From assembly GCA_045597865.1 (NCBI GenBank), contig JAZLKX010000025.1:352001-416000 (forward strand): a stretch of DNA of 64,000 nt, written 5' to 3'. Shown one piece after another: positions 55,741 through 64,000 of this stretch; the stretch's first letter is position 1, and the number at the start of each line of letters is the position of its first letter. The position numbers and the translations under genes were made by a program. A model generated the notes under the pieces. That model was not told where the DNA came from. It saw only the letters and a program-made list of their open reading frames with translations, and did not search any database. The stretch is from Bacilli bacterium. Lineage in GTDB: Bacteria > Bacillota_I > Bacilli_A > RFN20 > CAG-826.

Positions 55741-58480
55741 GTTCTTTTCCTCCTTTCTTCTTTGAAGAAACAAGCAAGATAACTGCTACTCCCGAAAGTA
55801 AACTAACTATTAAGGATGCTGCAACAACACTTCCTCCACAACCCTTCTTTTCAGGATCAACTGGAGCGGTTGATTTATAAACAAGTTTTGCATTCATATT
55901 TCCAGTTACGGTAATAGAATTGACTTTTTCGTCATTAACATAGGCTTCAAGTGTATAACCATTTTTGTTAAATATTTCTATACTAAGGATTGAACCAGAA
56001 GCAAGATAAATGCTAAATGAACTAGAATCTTCTAATCCCTCTACTGTAAAAGAAACGCAATAAGTATTAATCTCATATTCAAATTTACTAACAAGGTTCA
56101 TATCTTGAACGATGTAGTCATTTTCAAAATCCCATGGTTTTTCATTGAAATACCATCCGATAAAATTATATTTTCCAACTTCGTCCTTTTTTACTGGATC
56201 AGCAATTGGAGCAATATGATCACCAATTTTGTAAATTGATGCATTTTTTTCATCAAATGTAACTGTTACTTCAAGTTTATTTGCAGCAATAACTGTAACG
56301 GTTAATTGAGTTTCATTACCTGACTTATCTTTAGATAAAATAACAACAGCCCATGTTCCTTTGTTAATTTTATTATCACTTAGAGAGCCTTCTGGCCATT
56401 TATATTCAATTAAATTAGAAACATCGCCATCTTTTAAGTCAAAAGCTGTGCATTTATTTGAAAAATCAATTACTTCACTACCAGCAAGTACGCCATAAAT
56501 AGCTTTACCACTATAGTTAAGTACTGGTTTTTTGATATCAGCTCCATAAGAAGCATTCTTTAAGGAAACGGTTCCATCTAATAAAGAAATTGAAAACTTA
56601 TTCTCGAGTTTAGAAATATCTTGTAAAGAAACGTCGTTAATGTGTATATAAACAATATCATCTATTGCTATCGCAATTGATAATTTATCATTATCTATTT
56701 TTGTATAAAACAAAATTGAAAACCATTCATCATAAATAAATGTAGGTAATTCAATTTCTTGTAATGTTACATTCATTTGGGTTGAATCAACTAAGCTTAA
56801 TATATTTCTTCTAAAGCTAACTTTAATTCCGTTTTGTGATTCATTTCCAAATGCAATTAAATCAAATGAGCTATCTTCATTTAAAAGTTTATAATCAAAA
56901 TATAAGTCAAAGTTACTAATTGAAGTATTATTGGTGCCACTAAGTTTTTTGTTGTTTTCATCAAGTGTGGCATTTTTTAGACCAAATACATCTTCAAATG
57001 AAACAGCATTGTCATACTCTTCATCTTCTGGTGTTTCAGGTCTTGTTTTAACCCATTCCCCATTGAATAGGTATAAGTCTGTTTCACCTAACATCGAATC
57101 GTAGAAGATTGTATCATTATCAATGTGAAGATTACACACTTTGTAACCAGGACTTGGTTTTAAAACTGAATTTGGCAAAACTATATAAATATAGCAATAT
57201 CCATGGGCATATGAAACGATTGCATCACCAATTTCAGCTAAAGAAACACCATTTACAAAAATGGATAAACCACAATATGAATATTTGCTGACAAGATTTG
57301 CATCTGCTGGTTCTTTATCATTTTTTAGATAATCAACACCATATTGACCAAATTGAAGAATTGTATGATTATGGGTGCTATTTAATGGAACATTGTTCCA
57401 ACCACCTGCAACATCAGTAAATTCAACATGGTTGTATTCAGATGGGTTTCTTAAGTAAGTCCAACGATCTGTTTCTCCTACCTCACCTCTAAATTCAAAA
57501 GAAATAGCAGGCAAAATTACATTATTAAAGTGAATTCCTTCTTCTAAAGTAATAACTGGGAATTTATATTCATCAGTAAAAGTTAATGAAGAATAAGGCA
57601 AATAGAAATAAAGACCATATTGTGGGAAAAGATAACATTTTGAATCAACAACATCAATAATATTGATGCCATTAACTTTTATCTTTGTATCAATTATTCC
57701 AAAACCAATAACGCCACGGCCTGAAACAGTAGCATCTCCAATAACGGTTTCTTCATATGTTTTTCCTTTTTCATTGAAGAAAACAAGCAAGCAATAGCCA
57801 TTAATTGGCGAACCATTAGCATTTAATTCACCGCTCCATTGTTGACCCATTGTGCTTGAATAGTCTTTGTTATTCCATTCGATTTTAGCAACATCAGCTT
57901 CTTTAAATTCGACTGGCTCAGGATTAATTTCCCAATTTCCAAAAGATTTAAGTAAACCTCTATATTCAAATCTAGTTCCAACAGTCATAGCACTTCCGTC
58001 AATTGACATTCCTTCTAAAACTTCAACTGTTAAATATGGATAATCATCACTAGTGGAAAAACTTGTAGCTGGAACGTAAAGGAAAAAACCATTTGTAGGA
58101 TAAGCATAGACAATAACATCATCTACATCCTTACATTCAACACCATTGATTAAAATATGATCACCAACATTGCAGCCTTCAATGGTTGCGTCTAATAAAT
58201 TTTCAGTAATGTATTCAGAAAGTGAAATATCAGATTTATAAAGTGGCAATAAACAATATCCTTCTTGAGGAATACCGTTTCCATCTCTATTTGCCACCCA
58301 TTGTTTGCCAAAATTTCCGGAATAGTCAACATTGTTCCAAGCAACTTGATCAATATCAACCAATTCTGTATCGTCAGCCTTTACATCTAAAGATTTATTT
58401 TTATTAAAATTTGCAACAAGACTTGCACAAACGCTTAAAAACATTGAGAGAATGAGAATTGAAATTCTTTTTTTGGCCAT
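55733..58480 (-). CDS. cell-surface protein paralogous to 50558..54100, with KKGCGGS C-terminal signal
   Basis: Signal peptide; WNNVDY, WNNKDY, WNNVP domains; DGDVS Ig-like; B-repeat; KKGCGGS-TM-KKK. Confidence 0.85.
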   Translation of the reverse strand: MAKKRISILILSMFLSVCASLVANFNKNKSLDVKADDTELVDIDQVAWNNVDYSGNFGKQWVANRDGNGIPQEGYCLLPLYKSDISLSEYITENLLDATIEGCNVGDHILINGVECKDVDDVIVYAYPTNGFFLYVPATSFSTSDDYPYLTVEVLEGMSIDGSAMTVGTRFEYRGLLKSFGNWEINPEPVEFKEADVAKIEWNNKDYSSTMGQQWSGELNANGSPINGYCLLVFFNEKGKTYEETVIGDATVSGRGVIGFGIIDTKIKVNGINIIDVVDSKCYLFPQYGLYFYLPYSSLTFTDEYKFPVITLEEGIHFNNVILPAISFEFRGEVGETDRWTYLRNPSEYNHVEFTDVAGGWNNVPLNSTHNHTILQFGQYGVDYLKNDKEPADANLVSKYSYCGLSIFVNGVSLAEIGDAIVSYAHGYCYIYIVLPNSVLKPSPGYKVCNLHIDNDTIFYDSMLGETDLYLFNGEWVKTRPETPEDEEYDNAVSFEDVFGLKNATLDENNKKLSGTNNTSISNFDLYFDYKLLNEDSSFDLIAFGNESQNGIKVSFRRNILSLVDSTQMNVTLQEIELPTFIYDEWFSILFYTKIDNDKLSIAIAIDDIVYIHINDVSLQDISKLENKFSISLLDGTVSLKNASYGADIKKPVLNYSGKAIYGVLAGSEVIDFSNKCTAFDLKDGDVSNLIEYKWPEGSLSDNKINKGTWAVVILSKDKSGNETQLTVTVIAANKLEVTVTFDEKNASIYKIGDHIAPIADPVKKDEVGKYNFIGWYFNEKPWDFENDYIVQDMNLVSKFEYEINTYCVSFTVEGLEDSSSFSIYLASGSILSIEIFNKNGYTLEAYVNDEKVNSITVTGNMNAKLVYKSTAPVDPEKKGCGGSVVAASLIVSLLSGVAVILLVSSKKKGGKEHE

Positions 58481-58586
58481 ACGAATACCTCAACTTCTTT
58501 AAATATTATAAACTAATTATAGTTTACCACTTTTATGTCCTTAAAATATAACAATTATTGTTATGAATTGTCATTTTTTTGACTTA

Positions 58587-58634
58587 AAAATGTAAGCGCT
58601 TATTAACAAAACAAGTAAAAAACGCTCACATTTT
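58587..58634 (-). terminator. 15-bp hairpin, probably the terminator of 58673..61651 (arms also resemble cre/LacI operators)
   Basis: Minus-strand AAAAUGUGAGCGUUU pairs with AAGCGCUUACAUUUU; both mismatches are G-U pairs on this strand. Confidence 0.55.
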
Positions 58635-58672
58635 AGTTAATTAATATAGGTACAAGTATTTAATTAAATTAT

Positions 58673-61651
58673 TTAAGATTTTAAGCTTTGCAATAACGCA
58701 TCAATAGTTGATGTATCAGTTTTTCCTGTAAATTGTGTGTAAAGTGTTTTACCCCACTTTTTCAAAGTGAAATCTTTTGCAATAAAACCAAAATTTGGTT
58801 CGCCAGCATCATTCACATCAGTAATTGTGTATGTGTGGCCTTGGTAAGTGGCTTTGCAAGTTTTCTTTGTATAACCAGTTGTTTCAAAATCTAATGAATC
58901 ATAGTCAATTGTTGCTGTAGCAGTAAACTTACCACCACTTGAACCTGTACAAACGATGTTGTAACAACGAATTGCGCTCATATCAGTTATAAACTGATTC
59001 CAAGCATCAAAATCAGTATCTGAAATATTTGTTTGAATTGAAACATTGTATTTGTTTCCAAATGAATACATTCTAAACCACTGTAAAGAATAGAAATAAT
59101 CTAAATCTCTTGCTGCTGGAATAAGTGCATTAATTGCATTTGGAAGAACATCTGATGTTCCAAAATTAATTTTATCGTTAGAAGAATATAAGCCAGTTTC
59201 ATTAATTCCAGCATAATCTGTAAAACCAAATTCAGTTGCAATCATTGGTATAAATTCATCATTGTGATCAACACAAATTTGATGGAATTCATTCATGGAT
59301 GCAACCCAATTAGTAACATAGTTACTATTAAACACCTTTTTAGATCCACTTGTATCATATAAATAGTTCCCGTTTTGAGCAGTTACTGAATCATAAAATA
59401 CGTATGGATGTAAGTTTAAAACTTGGAAATATTCACTTGGTGATTTATTTTGCGATTCGATGTAATCGTAACACAAATCAAGGAATACGCCACCATCTCT
59501 AACTTGAGCCATAGTTCCTTCTGGAACAAAAGAAGGTAATGGATCAAAATCACCAACCACTGCAATAGCAGGAGTCATAACACGGACCTTGCCATTTGTA
59601 GATTCCTTAGCTGCATCTGTAATCATTTCTGAATAATCCATTACATAGCCAACTACTTGGTCTCTATAGTATTTCTCCATTTCCTTGCCAGGATATGCTG
59701 GTGAAATACCTGGAATATAATTTTCTAAATATTCTGGACTCTTTGTGCATGGTCCAAGGTTAATCTCGTTTAACGGTTCAACAAAATCAACATCAAAAGT
59801 ATTAAAAATCTTTTTATAGAATTCTTTGTTTCCGTTAAGCCATCTCTGATATTCTTCAGAATTACATTTTGGGAAAATGTTACTATGTGTAGCAGCTTTT
59901 CCTAATCTAATTGAATCAAACCAGTTTGTTATTTGAGTCTTGTTTGATGCATCTCCTGGAATATAGAAGAACTTATCAGTGTACGAATAAACGAAACCAT
60001 TAACCATAAGGTTAATTTCTTCAATTCCAGCAGCGCGATAAGCGCTTATTGTATCTTGAAGAGCTTTGATAGAGTCTGCTTTAAACTTAACGTTATATGT
60101 TGAGCAATTCTCGTAATCATTCAAATAATTACCATCTAATCTTAATGGATCAACAAGGCCAATTGATGGCCATGCTGAATCAAGCAAGAATGAAGTTGTA
60201 ACCCAAATACGTGCTGTTTTAGCATTAAATTCAGACTGAATTGTAGCATTATTTACATAAGTGTTTTTGGTTGTGGAATTAAAATCACTATAAACATCGT
60301 AGTTTGGTTCAGAGAATCCAAGATTCATTTTTACTTCACTACTAGAAAATTTAACTGTGTCTCTAAAAGCAGAAACATATACGGATTCGCCTTTAGTTAA
60401 TTGTCTATTGTAAGTCTTGCCATTAACAATAAATTGATTAACTTTATTATTAGCAATTACTTTGTAATAGCCGTTTCCATCATAGTTTAAAGTGCAAATA
60501 TCTTTATCAAATGATTCGTTAACTAGTTCATAGTTTTTATCAGTGCTATTTAATGTAACAACAAAGAGCTCATCAAAAACATCTTCATAATCATGTGGAT
60601 CAACATGTAATTTTTCTAATTCATTATGTAATGAGCAGAAATAATCGCCTGTTTGACCATAATAGTTTTTATTATTTATCTTAAGATAACTAACAGGAAT
60701 TAAATCTTGTCTATAATTTTCTTTATCAAGTTTGGCGTCATATTCAAAAGAATAAGTCGTGATTTCTGGTGATTCTACTTCAACTTGGAAAATATGCTCA
60801 TTTAATTCATAGTTTTTATAAGCGTTTAAGCTTTCAGTAGTATTCTCAATATAACTGGAAATACTTGAATATATTGAATCTTCATAAGCATTCTTGTTTA
60901 CTAAGTAAACACCTATATCAAATGGTGTATGAGATAAATCTACTTTTGGATCAACTGAAAACTTTGTTGTAAATCTTAACTGATAACCATCATTATTCAC
61001 AAATTTTGTTTCTTTTAATGTTTCAATTGAAAAATCTCTATCAAGGCACCACTTTCCATTGATTAATGCCAAATCAAATTTGTTAACTTTAGCATCACTA
61101 GGCATTGTTAAATTATTAAAAGAAAGCATTATAAAATCTTGTGCAAGTTGCTTTGCAAAATATTTAATTGGCAATTTTAAAACAAAAGATTTATTGCTTT
61201 CTTTTAATAACTCAACTTTTGGATCATTAAGAGCCAATTCATAGATGGTTTTATTATTAAAAATAATATTATTTCCAATACGTGTTTCTAATGCATAATT
61301 TTTAGATGTAGAATCAGAATCATTAAAAATATCTTTTTCAAAATGTAATACAGTTATTCTTCGAGAGGAAACATTATCTTCTTGCTCTTTTTTATTATTA
61401 AAAACTTCATCAATGTTTGAAAATTCCGATATTACTTCTACTTTTTTTGAAGAATACTTAATTTGGTTAAATGTATTGTGAATAATCTCGCTGGAAGTTA
61501 ATTTTTCTTTGTCAAATTTAGCATGCCCATGGGTTAATATCTTATTTTCAACCGAATTAAACTTATTATTAATTCTATTTTTAGACACAAAAGAACTAGA
61601 AAATGAAGATAAGCTCAATAATAAAATAAGAGGCAATTTAAGCACAAACAT
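58673..61651 (-). CDS. secreted modular clan GH-A glycoside hydrolase (third paralog)
   Basis: Signal peptide; GGAGG RBS; AKTARIWV, EPLNEIN, NLHPY, ATEFGF, WFR, GEPNFG. Confidence 0.72.
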   Translation of the reverse strand: MFVLKLPLILLLSLSSFSSSFVSKNRINNKFNSVENKILTHGHAKFDKEKLTSSEIIHNTFNQIKYSSKKVEVISEFSNIDEVFNNKKEQEDNVSSRRITVLHFEKDIFNDSDSTSKNYALETRIGNNIIFNNKTIYELALNDPKVELLKESNKSFVLKLPIKYFAKQLAQDFIMLSFNNLTMPSDAKVNKFDLALINGKWCLDRDFSIETLKETKFVNNDGYQLRFTTKFSVDPKVDLSHTPFDIGVYLVNKNAYEDSIYSSISSYIENTTESLNAYKNYELNEHIFQVEVESPEITTYSFEYDAKLDKENYRQDLIPVSYLKINNKNYYGQTGDYFCSLHNELEKLHVDPHDYEDVFDELFVVTLNSTDKNYELVNESFDKDICTLNYDGNGYYKVIANNKVNQFIVNGKTYNRQLTKGESVYVSAFRDTVKFSSSEVKMNLGFSEPNYDVYSDFNSTTKNTYVNNATIQSEFNAKTARIWVTTSFLLDSAWPSIGLVDPLRLDGNYLNDYENCSTYNVKFKADSIKALQDTISAYRAAGIEEINLMVNGFVYSYTDKFFYIPGDASNKTQITNWFDSIRLGKAATHSNIFPKCNSEEYQRWLNGNKEFYKKIFNTFDVDFVEPLNEINLGPCTKSPEYLENYIPGISPAYPGKEMEKYYRDQVVGYVMDYSEMITDAAKESTNGKVRVMTPAIAVVGDFDPLPSFVPEGTMAQVRDGGVFLDLCYDYIESQNKSPSEYFQVLNLHPYVFYDSVTAQNGNYLYDTSGSKKVFNSNYVTNWVASMNEFHQICVDHNDEFIPMIATEFGFTDYAGINETGLYSSNDKINFGTSDVLPNAINALIPAARDLDYFYSLQWFRMYSFGNKYNVSIQTNISDTDFDAWNQFITDMSAIRCYNIVCTGSSGGKFTATATIDYDSLDFETTGYTKKTCKATYQGHTYTITDVNDAGEPNFGFIAKDFTLKKWGKTLYTQFTGKTDTSTIDALLQSLKS

Positions 61652-61692
61652 TTATGTTTTTCCTCCAATTTAAAATCACAAGCATTTTCATA

Positions 61693-63291
61693 TTATCCTA
61701 TAATCTCGTATTCAACACCTTGAGGAACTTTAACCGTAAATTTATGATTCTTATATGAGACTTTTATTGTTCCTAATGAGCAAACAAAAGAGACATCAAA
61801 ATAATCTAGATTACCAACAAACGGTTTAATAATAACTCTGTTATTTTTTACACCTTTAAAGCCAACAATGTTTTCAATAATAAATGATACTGGACCACTT
61901 GCCCATCCATGACAAAGTGATTTTCTTAAACCTTTATAACAACCTTCACCACAGTCTGTTAAAAAATTAAATTTTCCATTTGGAAGTTCGTCAATTTTTA
62001 TGCTGTCCTTCCAAGAATAATCAAATTCTTCAAAAAATGTCGTTGCACCAAGATTGACCATAGCCATATTGTAATTTTTAAACATCTTCATAGCTTTTCT
62101 TGGTTCATAATCAAAAATTGAATTTAAGACAAAAATATATGAGAAAGGACTAAAATGTGCCTCTCCATTACGAATAATTGAGTCTGCCAAAGCATTTCTG
62201 TTTCCTCTTGAAGCTAAAAGAGGATAACAATCGAATTGGGAAACATTTAAAACTTCTGGTTCAAATTTTAAAAGCTTAATAATGATACTTTCGTTAATAT
62301 AATCTAGACCAAGTTTTGCTAAAAGTTCTTTGCATTCTTTAAGCACATATAAGTAAAAGCATGGATTAGATTGTTTTGCAAATTCACAGTTTACAGTTCT
62401 CCAATCAATAAAATACGGGAACGAAACTCCACTTACATTATCAAAATCAATTAATCCGCTTGAACTAATTCTTTTACTAATCAATGACAATATTTCTCTT
62501 AAATAAGGTTTTCTTTGTTTTACAAAGACATCAAAACCATTGTGTTTAAAATATTCATTAACACAAGCTAAATACCAAAGGTTATAAGTAGGCATATTTT
62601 GAATATAACTTGGCATTGGATTTGTTTTTTCGATGAAAAGTAAAGTTTTTTTAACTTGACTTATATTTCCGAATAGATAGTTAAGTGATTTTAGCTCTAC
62701 TAACAAATCACCAGCCCATACTAAACGATCTCTTTTAATTCCATCTACAATGTAATCAGTAACACAAAGTTTGGCTGTTCTTGCTGCAACATCAAAAATT
62801 TTGTTTAATTCTTCATCGCTAGATTTAAAATAACCTATTTGTTTTTTTGCTAATTCATACGAAACAGCATTAATGCTGTAAATACGTTGATTTATATCCT
62901 TTGGAAAATCGATTCTTACAAATCTAAAACCAGTATTTCCAAATTCAACATTGGAAAAATCTGGAAGCAAGTATTCGAAATCTCTAGGAGAATGATTGTT
63001 TGTAGAATTGAATTCGCCAACATTAGACATAACTTCAGAAACCGATTCGCCAAATCTAACTCGAATTACGTTTCGATCATTTTGATTTCCGGAACCTTGA
63101 TTTACAATTCTAATTCCGCCGTTAATCTCGACGCCAAAATCTAAAACAATATAGCCACCACCATTACTAGAGAAATTCTTTTCAAACCAAAATGATGGCT
63201 GATCAATATCACACTTTAAAATAGAATCAATAAAATTGAAATTACCTTTATAGTCCAATATTTTTATAGGAAGAAGATATTTCTTTTTCAT
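61693..63291 (-). CDS. alpha-L-rhamnosidase (GH78-like)
   Basis: LDFG, GFRFVRI, DGIKRDRLVWAGD, GATTFFE, SLCHGWASGP. Likely start MKKKY. Confidence 0.85.
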   Translation of the reverse strand: MKKKYLLPIKILDYKGNFNFIDSILKCDIDQPSFWFEKNFSSNGGGYIVLDFGVEINGGIRIVNQGSGNQNDRNVIRVRFGESVSEVMSNVGEFNSTNNHSPRDFEYLLPDFSNVEFGNTGFRFVRIDFPKDINQRIYSINAVSYELAKKQIGYFKSSDEELNKIFDVAARTAKLCVTDYIVDGIKRDRLVWAGDLLVELKSLNYLFGNISQVKKTLLFIEKTNPMPSYIQNMPTYNLWYLACVNEYFKHNGFDVFVKQRKPYLREILSLISKRISSSGLIDFDNVSGVSFPYFIDWRTVNCEFAKQSNPCFYLYVLKECKELLAKLGLDYINESIIIKLLKFEPEVLNVSQFDCYPLLASRGNRNALADSIIRNGEAHFSPFSYIFVLNSIFDYEPRKAMKMFKNYNMAMVNLGATTFFEEFDYSWKDSIKIDELPNGKFNFLTDCGEGCYKGLRKSLCHGWASGPVSFIIENIVGFKGVKNNRVIIKPFVGNLDYFDVSFVCSLGTIKVSYKNHKFTVKVPQGVEYEIIG

Positions 63292-63389
63292 TGAAAATAT
63301 TATCGCATCGCAAAATAAAAGATACAAATCTTTTAGATTATAAGGTTAAATTATTGATAATAGTTGTCAAAAAAATATAAATTTTTTAA

Positions 63390-64000
63390 TTACAAAATTT
63401 TAACAAAAGAATAACGTTTTGGAGCAGCTTTGCTTTCTCCGTTTTCGTCCCAAGTTCCAAATAATTCAAACGAATAAGGACCAACACCCAATTCTTCAAG
63501 AGAATGACTATGATGCGGGCCAAGTAAATTTCTGTTTGAAATAGTTATAACCAAATCAATTTTGTTCTTGCCTTGCATAGCAAATCTTGAAATATCGCAC
63601 TCATTATTGAACATCAGACGCTCAACAAAATTATCATTGACAAACACATCAATCATTTGGAAACGTTTATCAATAAGGAGTTTAGAATTTGCATCTTTTA
63701 CATCAATATATTGGGTTAACTTAATATTGCCTCTGAAGAATGGGAAGCCATCTTCAATTAATGTAGATGTTTTGCCTTTTTGTGAATCTAAATAAAATTC
63801 ATTTCCGACATAACAACCATCTACTTCTTTTAAATCTCCAAAGACACCAAAGTCACCTTCAAGATAAATAGCTTCTATTGTTGTGTCATAAGCTAAACAA
63901 TTCTTTAAACTTTCGGTGACGTTTTCACCAAATAATGCGTAATAAACATCTTCGCTTTCAAAGAAGTCTATTTGCACCACTATTTCATTAATGCCTTTCT
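63390..64000 (-). CDS. C-terminal part of a large glycoside hydrolase (GH106/GH2 beta-sandwich-like); partial
   Basis: The frame stays open to the window edge; EAIYLEGDFGV, GFPFFRG, VFVND, GKN, RNLLGPHH. Confidence 0.6.
   Translation of the reverse strand, partial: KGINEIVVQIDFFESEDVYYALFGENVTESLKNCLAYDTTIEAIYLEGDFGVFGDLKEVDGCYVGNEFYLDSQKGKTSTLIEDGFPFFRGNIKLTQYIDVKDANSKLLIDKRFQMIDVFVNDNFVERLMFNNECDISRFAMQGKNKIDLVITISNRNLLGPHHSHSLEELGVGPYSFELFGTWDENGESKAAPKRYSFVKIL

Noticed and set aside
1-64000. Alternative genetic code (UGA=Trp), suggested by the low GC
   Set aside because: Long ORFs are intact under code 11, Trp is encoded by TGG, and TGA acts as the stop in ATGA gene overlaps (e.g. 42118-42121, 18166-18169).

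Overview
A very AT-rich window from a Firmicute chromosome using standard code 11 (TGA serves as stop in ATGA overlaps). The gene style fits an uncultured gut/rumen Bacilli lineage, which is an inference. Almost all genes are on the minus strand. From left to right: (1) pfkA (partial), adhE and rex; (2) a large carbohydrate-utilisation region with rhaDBA, galM, an lgt + CPBP-protease pair, an esterase, NahK-like kinase, nagA, a ROK protein, SGNH/CE4 esterases, GH37, clan GH-A hydrolases, a sugar ABC transporter and AraC; (3) a 1225-aa Cys-rich surface protein; (4) an inserted block of two AAA_14/DUF4143 ATPases and an AlbA_2 protein, each with its own phased direct-repeat array containing a promoter; (5) an ~18-kb operon of giant secreted proteins (PtpB-type phosphatases, a double metallophosphoesterase, a SASA esterase, anchored repeat proteins); (6) another GH-A protein and rhamnosidases. 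Best candidate for an undescribed system: three surface proteins end in a conserved KKGCG[GS]S-TM-basic signal with an invariant Cys, the same locus encodes an overlapping Lgt + CPBP protease pair, and the substrates share an unrecognised ~120-aa domain (about 17 copies in five proteins). I saw no rRNA, tRNA, CRISPR-cas or transposase. All family calls come from reading motifs by eye, not from database searches.
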